From Octopus vulgaris (Eukaryota): a stretch of DNA of 64,000 nt. The notes beneath the pieces were generated by a model. It saw only the letters and a program-made list of their open reading frames with translations. It did no database searches and was not told where the DNA came from. The first letter of the stretch is position 1, and each line of letters starts with the position of its first letter. The stretch covers positions 27,404,001-27,468,000 of the forward strand of contig OX597832.1 in assembly GCA_951406725.2 (NCBI GenBank), given 5' to 3'. Shown here one piece after another: positions 42,214 through 57,138 of the stretch. A program made the translations under genes and the position numbers.

Positions 42214-42982
42214 CTCCTCCCTCCTTCCCCTTCCCTTCCTCCCTCCCTCCCTCCCTCCCTCCCTCCCTCCCTCCCACCCTTCCTCTCTCCCTTCATTTCT
42301 TCCTTCCTTCCTTCCTTCCTTCCTTCCTTCCTTCCTTCCTTCCTCCCTCCCTCCCTTCTTTCCTTCTTTCCTTCCTTCCTTCCTTCCTTCCTTCCGCTCT
42401 CCCTTCCTTCCTTCCTTCCTTCCTTCCTTCCTTCCTTCCTTCCTTCCTTCCTTCCTTCCTTCCTTCCTTCCTTCCTTCCTTCCTTCCTTCCTTCCTTCTT
42501 TCCTTCCTTCCTCCTTCCCTCCATGCCTCCCTCCCACCCTTCCTCTCTCCCTTCCTTCCTTCCTTCCTTCTTTCTTTCCTTCCTTCCTTCCTTCCTTTCC
42601 CTTCCTTCCTTCCTTCCTCTCTCCCTTCCTTCCTTCCTTCCTTCCTTCCTTCCTTCCTCCCTCCCTCCATGCCCCCCTCCCACACTTCCTCTCTCCCTTC
42701 CTTCCTTCCTTCTTTCTTTCCTTCCTTCCTTCCTTCCTTTCCTTCCTTCCTTCCTTCCTTCCTTCCTCCCTCCCTCCCTTCTTTCCTTCTTTCCTTCCTT
42801 CCTTCCTTCCTTCCTTCCTTCCGCTCTCCCTTCCTTCCTTCCTTCCTTCCTCCCTCCCTTCGTTCCTTCCTTCGTTCCTTCGTTCCTTCCTTCCACCCTT
42901 CCTCCCTTCCTTCCTTCCTTCCTTCCTTCCTTCCTTCCTTCCTTCCTTCCTTCCTTCCTTCCTTCCTTCCTTCCTTCCTTCC
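42214..42982. repeat. ~770-bp (CCTT)n polypyrimidine tract with higher-order units
   Basis: Direct reading. Variant blocks (ccgctctccc, ccatgcc) recur. Confidence 0.97.
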
Positions 42983-43398
42983 TAATAACGAACCATTTAC
43001 TGCTTAATCTACCGTTCGCTCGACTTTCTACTGTTGCTACTGTTGTTGTTGTTGTTGTTGTTGTTTGGCCCCTGGTCAGACCTACGGTCAGATTACTCCA
43101 CCCATGACCATTCCGTTGTTGTTGTTATTGTTACTGATCAGATTTTTGTCCAGATCGGATGAAGCCAGGATCAAAACTGTTCCAACCGTGGCCATCGCGT
43201 TCTGCTTGTTATTGCTACTGCTGTAGCTGCAAGTCTTGTCACTCATGTTGTTGTTGTTGTCGCTGCTGCTGCTGCTGGTGTTGTTGTTATTGCTGCTATT
43301 TAACCCCAGGATAAAGTGTTGCTACAACAGGCCTTGAGTTCATGAGTTCGCGATCATCCTACCAACTCCTGGTTTTGCGGGAATATATATATATATAT

Positions 43399-43452
<54 letters not shown>

Positions 43453-43489
43453 CTTACTATAAGATTATATGGGAAAGTGAATTCCACTT

Positions 43490-43752
43490 AAAATAGACTG
43501 GCGACCTATCCAGGTGCAGCGGTCGATTTAGTTTGAATCATCAACTTTAAGAGGCAGCCTCTGTGTAGTCACTGTACCAGCTAGAAATGTTAACTGGGTT
43601 TCTGTTAAATCACGTTATAATGTCTTCAACCAGGAAGGACGCGAAGTGATGAAGTCCTTGAAAAACCGAAAAACTAGCGGGATGGTCGTGGCTGGAACAA
43701 CTTAGATGATAGAGGTGTTCAGTCAGGGTCGACCTGAGGCTGAAGAACAACG
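43490..43752 (+). mobile_element. Ancient SINE-like repeat (V-domain-like gactggcgacctatccagg)
   Basis: Related diverged fragments at about 2110-2205(+), 13440-13640(-), 33030-33090(-), 43065-43200(-) and 61670-61750(+). Confidence 0.45.
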
Positions 43753-44214
43753 AATGGTTCTTCAGAGGTTAGGGCAGATAGGTGTGAGTGAACATTGTGC
43801 TGTCCTTATTTATTCTTGATCTAGCTAAACGTGTCGGGTGGTACCCACGGGTGACTAATAACACGTTTCTGGTTTGAACGTCCTGCACGAATGTGATTTC
43901 CATTCCGATAACTGAAAGATAAGAACTGCGTAAGGTCTGCGGTTATCATGGAGAGGAAACGGCACGTTGGAGAATACTGTAAAATGAATAAATAATATTT
44001 AGAAATTAAATAGACAAAATTATGCATATCACACTAATTATGAACGTGCTTTAATTAAAGACATGTCACGTGAAAAGGAATAGTCGAGAAGCGTAGATTC
44101 TCTCAGAGCTTCGGAGATAAATAAAAATCAACCTACACGTGCAAAGTCAGAAGACACGTATGTATGTATGTATGTATGTATGTATGTATGTATGTATGTA
44201 TGTATGTATGTATG

Positions 44215-44316
<102 letters not shown>

Positions 44317-44322
44317 CACACA

Positions 44323-44357
<35 letters not shown>

Positions 44358-44796
44358 CTATTGATAAATGTAGACGTATATGCATATATACACCGCATAT
44401 GTGCCTAATGTACACACACAAATACAAATATATATATATAGATATATACACACACTCATACGCTCACATGTATATAAAAATGCATACACGTATACACACA
44501 CATATATACATATATCCAAATATATATACATATACACACATATACATATATTTACGTGTGTGTGTGTGTGTGTAAGAGCAATTGTCACAAAATAACAGTA
44601 GATAAAATGGTAAACAGTTCTACCGCCTAATTTAGCTGCGATTTCCATTCACCTGAAATCTTTCGAACTGTGAAAAGGTAGATTCGGATTCCAATCTGGC
44701 ACCGTCTCACGTAACTGCAAGCAGATGGCGTTTCTGAGTAATTACGTCGGTGTTAATCACTGAATACATTAAATATGCTAATTATGCTTCTAAGTC

Positions 44797-44813
44797 TAAT
44801 AATAATAATAATG

Positions 44814-44869
<56 letters not shown>

Positions 44870-44871
44870 TA

Positions 44872-44938
<67 letters not shown>

Positions 44939-44960
44939 GCTGCTGCTGCTACTACTACTA

Positions 44961-44992
<32 letters not shown>

Positions 44993-45017
44993 ACTACTAC
45001 TACTGCTGCTGCTGCTG

Positions 45018-45061
<44 letters not shown>

Positions 45062-45068
45062 GCTACTA

Positions 45069-45160
<92 letters not shown>
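44797..45160. repeat. (AAT)n to (ACT)n/(GCT)n compound microsatellite
   Basis: Direct reading. Confidence 0.97.
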
Positions 45161-45162
<2 letters not shown>

Positions 45163-45322
45163 CTCTATCAAGTATTTTAATTACTTACAGATATCTTGTA
45201 CTGTTTTCGAATTACTCTCCTTGATATATTTCGTCCATTTTCCTTCGAGCCGCACTTGCATATCTAACACACACGCTCGCACCTCGGTCTGTCTATCATT
45301 TTTCTATCCCTCAGTCGGTTGG

Positions 45323-45408
<86 letters not shown>

Positions 45409-45447
45409 ATTTAGTTTTCTTCGTCTGTCTGTTTGTCTATCTGACTG

Positions 45448-45535
<88 letters not shown>

Positions 45536-45640
45536 CACGCATACATAAATATATGTATATATTTGTATGCATATGTATATGAATATGTAAATCTACATAT
45601 ATATGTATATAATATATACATATATATGCATGGAAATATT

Positions 45641-45685
<45 letters not shown>

Positions 45686-46135
45686 ATATATACATATATA
45701 TGTATATGAATATACAGATATGTGTATGTATATACAGATATGTGTAGATGAATATACATATATGAATATGCATACATGTGTATGGATATACATATATGTG
45801 TATGTAATGCATACATACAGACACACACATACATAATCTATCGCGAGGAATGTGCAATTAAAGATAGATATAGCCAACAGCTGTGACAGTAGACTGCAGC
45901 AACGAAAATAACAGACGATACAATTGCAATGTGCAATGTACAATCTGCATACGACACTCTCTAGAGATAATGCATTTCACTAAACGGGCGTCTATACTTA
46001 CCTACATTCCTACCTACTTACATACATACATGTATATTAATGGATGTGTATACATGAATATTAATAATATATATGTATATGAATATATGTATATATACGT
46101 GTATATATATGTATATATATGTATATATATGTATA

Positions 46136-46199
<64 letters not shown>

Positions 46200-46318
46200 C
46201 ACAAATACGCAAATATACAAGCATGCATATATTAATGTATGGTTGTACATATATATATTCATATACATATATATTATATACATTTCTGCGTGTATATATA
46301 TATATAGATATAGATATA

Positions 46319-46634
46319 GGCGTAGGAATGACTGTGTGGTAAATAGCTTGCTTACCAACCACATGCGTGGCACCTTGGACAAGTGTCTTCTATTATAGCC
46401 TTGGGCAAATCAAAGCCTTGAGAGTGGGGTTGGTAGAGGGAAACTGAAAGAAGCCCGTCGTATATATATATGTGTGTGTATGTGTGTGTGTGTGTGTGTG
46501 TGTTTACGTCCCCGTAACTTAGATGTTCAACAAAAGAGACCGATAGAATAAGTACTAGGCTTACAAAGAATAAGCCCTGGGATCGATTTGCTCGAGTATG
46601 GCCGCAGTCAAATGACTGAAAGAAATAAAAGAAT
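46319..46634 (+). mobile_element. SINE family B with internal deletions
   Basis: Matches 47019-47430. Confidence 0.88.
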
Positions 46635-46667
46635 ATACATACATACATACATACATATATACATACA

Positions 46668-46701
<34 letters not shown>

Positions 46702-47018
46702 ATATATATATATAGTAACCGAAGAATTCTCAACTATATGTCACGATGTCACGATACATTCCAACTGTTCATCGTATTCTTTCCGTCTGCCATCTCACAT
46801 ATTTAAACACATATCGCATAGCATCATTTAACATCTCCCCCAGCCAGCCTTGTCCCGACCTACCCCACTTCCTGACACCCTCCTCTACAATCTTCACTTC
46901 CACCTAACCACTTTACCTGCCAATCTTCAAATATCTACCCTGGTGCATAGTTACGTAAATTGCCTATATACCCCCAATTGCGACTGCTTCTGCTAAGCCA
47001 GAATATTATATATATACC

Positions 47019-47430
47019 CAGGAGTGGCTGTGTGGTAAGTAGCTTGCTAACTAACCACATGGTTCTGGGTTCAGTCCCACTGCGTGGCATCTTGGGCAAG
47101 TGTCTTCTGCTATAGCCCCGGGTCGACCAATGCCTTGTGAGTGGATTTGGTAGACGGAAACTGAAAGAAGCCTGTCGTATATATGTATATATATATATAT
47201 TCGTGTGTGTGTTTGTGTGTCTGTGTTTGTCCACCTAGCATTGCTTGACAACCGATGTTGGTGCGTTTATGTCCCCGTTACTTAGCGGTTCGGCAAAAGA
47301 CACCGATAGAATAAGTACTGGGCTTACAAAAAGAATAAGTCCCGGGGTTGAGTTGCTCGATTAAAGGCGGTGCTCCAGCATGGCCGCAGTCAAATGACTG
47401 AAACAAGTAAAAAGAGAAAAAAAGAGTAAG
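47019..47430 (+). mobile_element. Full-length SINE family B
   Basis: tRNA-like head (tggctgtgtgg..ggttcagtccc), cttgggcaagt central motif, and a LINE-like tail ggcggtgctccagcatggccgcagtcaaatgactgaaac. Confidence 0.92.
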
Positions 47431-48173
47431 AGATTATTATTATTATTACTATTTTTTACGCACGTAGGATGGTTAGAGAATCGGAAGAAATGCTCTGCTG
47501 TATTTGTTCAGACTTTTATCATTCTAAGATCAATTTCCCAAGATCGATAAAATGAAGTACCAGTGAGCTACTGGGCCTGCCGCTTTTAACTAATTCCACT
47601 CACTTCAAAATTGCTGGCCTTGTGCCTAAATTACAAAACGTTAGTATCATGATCCTCCTCCTCATCATCATCATCGTCATCATCACCATCATTATCAACC
47701 ACCACCACCACCACCACCACCACCACCACCACCACCACCACCACCACCACCACCGCCATCATCATCATCACCATCGTCATCACCACCACCGGTGTTATCT
47801 TTAAACAATCAATAGAAACATCATTAACGCCACCACCACCACCACCACCACCACCACCTCTATTATCACAGACACTCTAATTACCACACTCACACACACA
47901 CACACACACACGCACACACACACACAAACACACACACGCACACACGCACACACAACACACGCACGCACACTTCTGCCTTCATTATCCTCATCACCTTCAG
48001 CCTCCCCTCCATCGTCCTCTCTTTTCCAATACTTTCAAGGTAAATATATAAAACGTTTGCTATCATGAATTCTTTCTTCTTCTTCTTCTTCTTCTTCTTC
48101 TTCTTCTTCTTCTTCTTCTTCCAATTCTTCTTGTTATTATCATCATCATCATCATCATCATCATCATTATTAC

Positions 48174-48245
<72 letters not shown>

Positions 48246-48444
48246 CATTATTATTATCATTATTAATATTATCATTATTATTATTATCATTATTATTATT
48301 ATTATTATTATTATCATTATTATTATTATTCGTCTCCTCCCCCGCCTCCATCAGGTTTTCGTCTTCGCCTTCTCCTGCACCTCCTTCACGTCTTCTTCTT
48401 TTTCTACTTCTTCTTCTTCTAATCATTATTATTATTATTATTAC

Positions 48445-48494
<50 letters not shown>

Positions 48495-49213
48495 GTCTCC
48501 TCCTCCACCTCCTTCCCGTCTTCTTCTTCTTCTTCTTCTTCTTCTTCCTCTCCTCCCCCTCCTCCTCCTCATCCCCCATCCTCTTTTCGATTCAATTACC
48601 GCTGAGAACTTTGCCTTTGTCATATCAACTGTATATATCTCATCAAGGAAGCCAATTTAACATTTCATTTGAAAGAATCGGCTCATTCTTTTTATCGTTA
48701 TTTATTCCCCTATATATATTTACGCATAATTACATCACTTGCCGCTGATTCATGCTTAACTCGTTAAATTTTTCTATAATGTTTCCTTATCAGCCGTTTC
48801 CTTTGCAAACACATGGCAGCGCCATGGTATCGCTTTGGAACTCAACAGAAACAAACTTTTCCTTGTCTAACAACAATAGAACCTTCCTGTTTGTGTTCTC
48901 GTGTTAAAATGTAGTTAAAGAAAACTGTAATGGCAATATCATTAACATAATGATGATGATAATGATGATGAAGATGATGATGATAGTAGTAGTAGTATAG
49001 TAGTAGTATTGATGATGATAGTGATAATAATAGCAACAAAAAAAGTAATTATGTTAATAAAGATAATGATGCTAATAATTATAATACTAATGAAAATAAT
49101 AAAGATACTAACTATAACACATTATTAATAGTAATGATGATAATAATAATAACACATCAACAGCAGCAACAACAACAACAACAATAATAGCAACAACAAC
49201 AACAACAATAATA

Positions 49214-49260
<47 letters not shown>

Positions 49261-49292
49261 AATAATAATAATAAAAATAATAATAATAATAA

Positions 49293-49357
<65 letters not shown>

Positions 49358-49359
<2 letters not shown>

Positions 49360-49725
49360 CGTCTTCTAATTGAAGTTTCAATATCAACAGATGACAACTT
49401 TTCTCTGAAAGAAACGGAGAAATTTTCAAAATACAAATACCTGGAAATAGAGGTTAACTCGTATGTGGAATCTAAAAACAGAAACAATGACAATGCTTTA
49501 GCTATAATAAAAAAAATATTCAGACAAATACATAACAAAAACACCAGGACTAACAAGTGTATATAACATACAGAAAGTAGCAGCACTAGGCACTGCACAA
49601 CATCCTACATAAAACACTTTTAATACAGTAAAAATAAGAGCATCACAACGAACCACAGCACATATCCAAGGCACACACAGCTGCGCTCGGTAGCGCAGTG
49701 AAAGCACGTGATAAAGATAAAGCTA

Positions 49726-49729
<4 letters not shown>
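49358..49729 (+). mobile_element. 5'-truncated R4/Dong-type element: RLE endonuclease C-terminus plus 3' UTR, inside (TAA)n
   Basis: LIEVSISTDDNFSLKETEKFSKYKYLEIEV/TRMWNLKTET..KYSDKYITKTPGLTSVYNIQKVAALGTA with frameshifts. 3' hairpin ctgcgct-cggt-agcgcag at 49681-49698. Confidence 0.85.
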
Positions 49730-49789
<60 letters not shown>

Positions 49790-49791
<2 letters not shown>

Positions 49792-50066
49792 GTTCAAAAG
49801 ATAGTGCTCATGGGAACTGCTCATATCCTACGCAAAATACTCTCTATGTAACCTCAAGGTTTAAAACAACCATAATTTTCGGTTCAAAAAAAAAAAAAAA
49901 AAGTTTTTTTTTTTTTTTGACATTCATTAGTACAACATCCCCACCCCCCAAATATATGGCACACTAGGCATAACAACAACATGAACTTCCAACCCTGTTG
50001 TCTCTTGAGGTCTCTGGGTGAGACTTGGAGCCAACTTGTACAAATATAAAGCAAAAGTCAAACATA

Positions 50067-50068
<2 letters not shown>
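49790..50068 (+). mobile_element. Second R4/Dong-type 3' end (different family) inside (TAA)n
   Basis: VQKIVLMGTAHILRKILSM* at 49792-49851, then an unrelated 3' UTR and (AAT)n. Confidence 0.8.
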
Positions 50069-50129
<61 letters not shown>

Positions 50130-50170
50130 TGATGATAATAATGATAATAATGATAATAAAGGGGTAAATA

Positions 50171-50497
50171 CCCCCTTCGGTCATGAGTGACCATGGGATT
50201 GCACCTAGAGAGTTACACTCTGAGGCACAAGTCTGGGCAAGGTTGTTTTATGGAAGACCAGCAGTCGCCCATGCATACCGGCCTCCCCTCTCCACGCCAC
50301 CAGTGTTATCCAAGGGAAAGACAAAGGTCGATACAGCTTGGCACCTGTGACGTCGCAACTCATTTCTACAGCTGAGTGAACTGGAGCAACGTGAAATAAA
50401 GTGTCTTGCTCAAGAACACAACACGCAGCCCGGTCCGGGATTCGAGCTCACAACCTCACGATCGTAAGCTCGACGCTCTAACCACTGAGCCATGCGC
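50171..50497 (-). mobile_element. Full-length tRNA-derived SINE family C (CORE-like centre)
   Basis: Minus-strand head gcgcatggctcagtggttagagcgtcgagcttacgatcgtgaggttgtgagctcgaatccc. Matches 59341-59673. Confidence 0.92.
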
Positions 50498-50498
50498 G

Positions 50499-50580
<82 letters not shown>

Positions 50581-50585
50581 TGATG

Positions 50586-50651
<66 letters not shown>

Positions 50652-51058
50652 TGGGTTTCAAATTTTGGCTCAAGGCCAGCCAACCTCAGTGGAATTTGAA
50701 CTCCGAACATAAAGACGGACGAAATGCCACTGCGCATTTGGTGATGGTGGTTTCTGGCCCGAAGCCAGTATTCTTGAAGTGGGTGTGTGCAAATCGGATT
50801 TGACTGGAACTTTATTTCATCCTTCCCTAAGAATAAAAAGCAAAGTTAACTTGGGTAGGAATGAAAATAATAATGGCTTCTACAAGACCCAAAATTTGGA
50901 AGAAGGGTATCCTCCATTATATCGACCCCATGACTTGATTGATACTTATTTTATCGATCTCGAGAGAATGAAGCGCAAAGTCGACATCAGCGACATGACA
51001 ACTTAAAAAACGGATGAAAAGCTGCAAAGCATTTTGCCTGACCTGTAACAGTTCTGTC

Positions 51059-51060
<2 letters not shown>
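50652..51060 (-). mobile_element. Degraded SINE family D fragments
   Basis: ggaatttgaactccgaac, and atcgacccc..tacttattttatcga..aaagtcgac. Confidence 0.65.
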
Positions 51061-51115
<55 letters not shown>

Positions 51116-51472
51116 GCCCTGATGCAGTACCAGGCAGTGGTACTCGTGACTTCTGATCTTAACTGATTGGAAGAGTTATCATGTACATTGTTTTGTCTTG
51201 GTATAAAAGATGGGCTACAGCAAATATTCTGCTCAATACCACAGATTTGCTTGTCAGTTGTTTGACCTTAACCACTTGAGCATGTCCCTGAGTGGCTGAC
51301 GATATGTGCATCTCTGATTACAAGCAGAAATATTTGGGGGAACATCATTACCGAGTGTTGAAAGGAATTCTAACTGGGCCCCACCTGCAAGGTCATACGC
51401 TGTTTATCTGGATATGAGGTCACCACGTCGCGCACATATGGTTGTGATGCATGTGCCTGGTGTAGCCTTATC
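51116..51472 (+). mobile_element. Second copy of the (TAA)n-associated element, internally deleted and truncated
   Basis: gcagtaccaggcagtgg..cttctgatcttaactgattggaag..catgtgcctggtg matches the reverse complement of 40920-41379. Confidence 0.85.
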
Positions 51473-52277
51473 TTTAGGCAATATCTTTTTTCTTTAATTT
51501 TAATTCATTTGATAATTATACTCCACAGCATGTATTGAGTGCGCTCTGTGATGCAGTGAAAACAGGTGATAAAAATAAGACTATTATTATTATAACAACA
51601 ATAATAATAGAACTATAATAATAATTCTTGTAAAATATCTATTAATGATATTAATTAAAATGATATTAGTAATAATTTCTTTATTTGCCACAAGGGTAAG
51701 CATGAAGAAAGAGAACATTACAAAACAAAAAAGTAAAACCGCGAAACAATGACATGCATAGAAAGAAAAAATTGGAGGTGTTACATCGATTTCTGCGACA
51801 AGAGAAACATAAACTGGCGCAGCAAGAACAACAATAGTTACAACAACATTTATAATAATAACAACAACAATAACAACGAGCGATCATATGATGTCGTTGA
51901 AAGAAATTTGAATTTCAAAAATAATTTTTTGGTTTTTTCAAATTTAGCAATAACGGAAAACATTGAGCGCAAGAACATAATGTCTGAAAGTAGTGAGTGG
52001 CGGAGGAGAAGGCGGGATATGGCGGCGGTGACCACCACCCCTCACCAACGCCACCACTGCTACCCACTCCCATAAAACATGACAAGTTTTTTAAAAATGG
52101 CTAATTTCACTAAGATTAAAATACATTATTCCCAGAAATTATTCCAAGAAATGGTAATCTTTCGCTTTTACTTCAAATATTAGTTTTGTTTTGAGAAAAA
52201 ATAACATTCTTGTAGACTTTATTTTATTTTATTACACATTTATTTGTTATATTATTGTTGCTATTGTTGTTGTTGCT

Positions 52278-52308
<31 letters not shown>

Positions 52309-52429
52309 GTAGTGTTGTTATTCCATAGTTTTAGCATGTCAAGCATTCTTTTAGAAGATGGAGCGAAAGCAAGAATTTCATACAAATATTGTTGTTCATG
52401 TTGTTGTATGTAATTTTACTTTTTTTTTA

Positions 52430-52929
52430 ATAAATGTTATTTTAGTTCTTGTTGTTGTTGTTGTTGCTGCTGTTTTCTTGAAGATGTTGTTGCTATTGTT
52501 GTACCTGATATGGCGGTTGTCGACGTCGTTGTTCTTATTGCTGTGGTTGTTGTTGTTGCTCTTCGTCTTCTTCTTCTTCTACTTCTTTACCTTTTTCTTC
52601 TTTTCCTTCTTCTTCTCTTCACTTGTTATTGCTCTTCTCTTATCTTCTTTTTCTTCTTCTTCTCTTTCTCCTCTCCTCTTGTTGTTGTTGTTGTTCTTCT
52701 TCTTCTTCTTCTTCTTCTTCTTCTTCTTTTTCTTCGTCTCTTGTTGTTGTTCATCTGCTTCTTCTTCTCTTTCTCTTCTTTTTCTTCTTTTTCTTCTTCT
52801 CTTTCCCCCTCTTCTTCTTCTTCTTCTTCTTCCACTGCTGCTGCTGCTTCTACTCATACTTTTCCTCCCTCCCCTCCCCCTGTTATTGTTGTTAATGATG
52901 ATGATGATGATGATGACGATGATGATGAC

Positions 52930-52960
<31 letters not shown>

Positions 52961-53085
52961 TAACCCTTGTCTTTTATCGTTTCAATTCTCCCTCTGTTAT
53001 TGTTCTTTGTAAATATTCGTTATTGTTGTTATCGCCGGTGATGTTGTTGTTGTTGTTGTTGTTGCTGTTGTTGTTGTTGCTGTGA
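52430..53085. repeat. Compound (GTT)/(TTC)/(GAT) microsatellite
   Basis: Direct reading. Confidence 0.92.
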
Positions 53086-53211
53086 TATCAATTTTAACAG
53101 GATTATTCAAACACAAACTTAACCACCCGTAGTCGAGGTTTATTGGTAAAAATCCGGGTAGGAGGGATAGTTTCTCACCCGAACCCCTCACCACCACCCG
53201 ACGCAACAACC

Positions 53212-53294
<83 letters not shown>

Positions 53295-53464
53295 GCGAGC
53301 CGCGTTCTTTTGCCTTCCTTCAAATATGATTACATCGATAACATTATATTCTGCTTCACATATTAAATTAATTGAACAAGTGTCGCCATATTGTTTTCAC
53401 TGAATGAAATTCCGTGGCCGCCATATTGTTTCCTTTTCTTTATTTATCCATTAATTCACAGTTG

Positions 53465-53496
<32 letters not shown>

Positions 53497-53646
53497 GGTG
53501 GTGCTGTTGTTGTTGCTGTTGCTGCTATCGTATTCATTGTTATGTTTATACTGATAATGTTAATAACAATGGTTTTAATAACAACAATATATTATTATTG
53601 TTTGGAAAGGAAGTTGTATACACACACACTCGCACACAAACGTGTG

Positions 53647-53679
<33 letters not shown>

Positions 53680-54929
53680 TCACATATATATATAAGTATG
53701 TATATATATGTGTATATATATATATATACATATATATGCATGTATGTATATGTGTGTATATATGTATATATATATAAGTGTATATATGTGTTTATATATA
53801 TATATACACACACACACAAACATATATATATATGTATATGTATATATATATCTGTGGAGATTTTTGCATGTAAATGTATATATGTGTGTATATGTATTAT
53901 GTATGTGTGTATTTGTATGTGAGAGTACGTATATGTATTTCTGTGTATTAGTGTGTGTGCGTGTTTGTGTGTGCGTGTGCATGTGCGTGTGTGCGATTGT
54001 GTACATGTATATGAGTAGGGTATGTGTGTAATAATGTGTGTTTTCGATAAGATTCGCTTATTTTAGTATTTGTTAGTGGTTATTGTTACTGTAACCCATA
54101 GTGATGGTCGTTGCGGTTTCTGTGTTTAGGGAATGCTGGTGGTGGTGGTGGTGGAGGGTGGAGTAGCAATGGTGGTGGTGGTTGTTGTTGCTCCTGTTTA
54201 AAATATGATAATCTAATTACGATGTCGTCGTCTTCTTCTTTTTCTTCTTCTATTTCTTTCTTCTTTTTCTTTTCTTCTTCTTTTTCTTCTTCTTTTTCTT
54301 CTTTTCTTCTTCTTCTTCTTCTTCTTCTTCTTTTCTTTTTCTTCTTCTTCTTCTTCTTCTTCTTCTTCTTCTTCTTCTTCTTCTTTTCTTTTCTTTTTCT
54401 TCTTCTTCCTCTTCTTCTTCTTTTCTTCTTCTTCTTCTGCTTCTTCTCCTCCTCCTCCTTCTTCGTTTTCTATTTTCCTTCTTTCTTTTTATTCGTGTCT
54501 TCCTCTTCGTAACGGAATTCATAAATTGAGTCTTGAATTCGCAAGAGGAAGTTCATGCGGTTTGGGGAAGGAGAGAGAGAGAGATGAGTGGTGCTTCTTT
54601 ATCGCTACCATCACCTCCACTACCACCACCACCACTACAAACACCACCACCACCAACAACAACAACAACATCATCATCAACAGCAACCTCCCAACCATCA
54701 CAACAAACATACCCCCGGAAGCATTGCAAAAGGAGGACGAGGATATACCGAAGAGCCAGCGGCAGTGGCATGAAAGGGCACAAAATACCCTCTAACCTAT
54801 CTTGTCTGCTAATTAAGATTGCAGTGGGGGGCGGGGAGAGGGCCAGCAGGTGTGTCATTGCCCCCAGGGTAATGAGAATACTGGCTTTACCACTGGCAGT
54901 ACCATCACACCCATCGTTGGCATTGTATT

Positions 54930-55308
54930 GTTATCATCATCATCAGCAGCAGCATCATTGTCACGCTTATCACTATAATCAACAACCAGTATTGCAACCG
55001 ATGCCATCATCATCATCATCATCATCATTATGATCATCATCATTATGATCATCATCTGATCATCATCACCATCGTCACCATCCTCCTCATCCTCATCCTC
55101 ATCATCATCATCGTCGTCTTCATCATCATCATCTTCTTCTTCATCATCATCACCCTCATCATCGTCATCACCACCATCATCATCATCATCATCATCATCA
55201 TCATTATCGTCGTCCACCTCCTCCTCCTCATCATCATCATCATCGTCTTCATCATCATTATCATGATCATGATCATCATCTTCTTCTTCATCATCATCAT
55301 CATCGTCG

Positions 55309-55373
<65 letters not shown>

Positions 55374-55375
55374 GC
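54930..55375. repeat. (ATC)n-rich microsatellite
   Basis: Direct reading. Confidence 0.95.
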
Positions 55376-55502
55376 CACTGTCTTCTTCTTCCAGGCGTTA
55401 TTCTTATCACTAAATTATTTCCTTTTCTGCTTGCATGATTTAAGAAATTATGCAAAGAAAGTGCAAGTTGGCATTAAAAAAAATAGATACGAAACAATAT
55501 AT

Positions 55503-55558
<56 letters not shown>

Positions 55559-55633
55559 GTATATAGATTTACATATACATGTATATGTATACATATATAG
55601 GTATCTATATGTATATGTATACATGAATATATA

Positions 55634-55672
<39 letters not shown>

Positions 55673-56254
55673 AACAGTGAGATAGTATAATAGTATAAAA
55701 CAGAGGGAACTAGTGATTGCATCTGTCGATATAATTCTTTGAATGGGTTTTTTTTTTACAAATGTTTTAGCCAAAAGTAAAGAACTGAATCCACAAAATT
55801 CTGCAACTCCTTCTTCCCCCACCCCCCACACACACACAGTTCATCCACATATTGAAATTCTTTACCTAAACCCATGTGTTTACCAATGTCTCAGCATGGC
55901 CAGAATTCAACTTAGTCGACTACAAAAAAGAAAAACAAAGACAAAAGAAAAAAAACACATACGTAAACAAAAAACACAAAAAAATAAAGAATATGGATAA
56001 AAGTGATGCAAAGCCTGCCAATTACGAAAGTGTTAAATAATTCTTCGATGGCAAATGTGTTTCCCAATTAAATTGGAATTTTCCACCAATATATTTTCCG
56101 GTTCAAGAATTCTTTTATTCAACTCAAAGAAATCCGATTCATTTTTACCGAATTCTCTTCCCTGTCTTTAGCTTTTTCTGGCTTTTTTGGTTTGCTTCTG
56201 TTTTTCTTTTTGTTTCATTTACGTTTTGCTTGTAACAGTCAGTCATTTCATTGT

Positions 56255-56627
56255 CATTATTACAATTATTATTATTATTATCATTATTATTATTATTATT
56301 ATCATTATTATTATTATTATTATCATTATTATTATTATTATTATGACTACTACTACTACTACTACTACTACTAATACTACTACTATTATTATTATTATTA
56401 TTGTTGTTGTGGTTGTTGTTGTTGTTGTTGTTGTGGTTGTTGTTGTGGTTGTGATTATTGTTATTATTATTATTATTACTATTATTACTATTATTATTAT
56501 TATTGTTATTATTATTATTATTATTATGATTGTTGTTGTTATTGTTGTTATTATTATTATTATTTGATGCTATTTGTTACTCACAATTATTATTATAATT
56601 ATTATTATAATTATTATTATTATTATA

Positions 56628-56662
<35 letters not shown>

Positions 56663-56706
56663 CATTATTATTATTATTATTAGTAGTAGTAGTAGTAGTA
56701 GCAGTG

Positions 56707-56745
<39 letters not shown>

Positions 56746-56790
56746 TTATTGTTATCATCATAATAGCCATTGTTGTTGTTGTTGTTGTTT
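56255..56790. repeat. Compound (ATT)/(ACT)/(GTT)/(AGT) microsatellite
   Basis: Direct reading. Confidence 0.95.
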
Positions 56791-57103
56791 TCGTCTTTGT
56801 GTATTTCCCTGTTTCTCGGCATCTTTTATTTCCTTTCCATCTTTTATTTTTCCCCGTCTCACGACCGGTTCTTTGCTTCTCTCTTTCCTTCTCACTCGCC
56901 GTTTTTCCTTCTTTCCTTCTTTCCTTCTTTCCTTCTTTCTTTCTTTTCCTCTACCTTTATGTTTTTTTTTTCTTTTATTTTCTGTTTCGTTCCAGAATCT
57001 ATTTTTTGACAATTATTTCTGTATCATAACAACACGTTAAATGTCACTTATTCAAGAAAACAACAACAACAACAACAACAACAACAGCAGCAGCAGCAGC
57101 AGC

Positions 57104-57138
<35 letters not shown>

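Noticed and set aside
48715-48765. Pax6-like sites (ttacgcataa, ttcatgcttaact)
   Set aside because: Degenerate matches expected by chance in AT-rich DNA, with no independent support.
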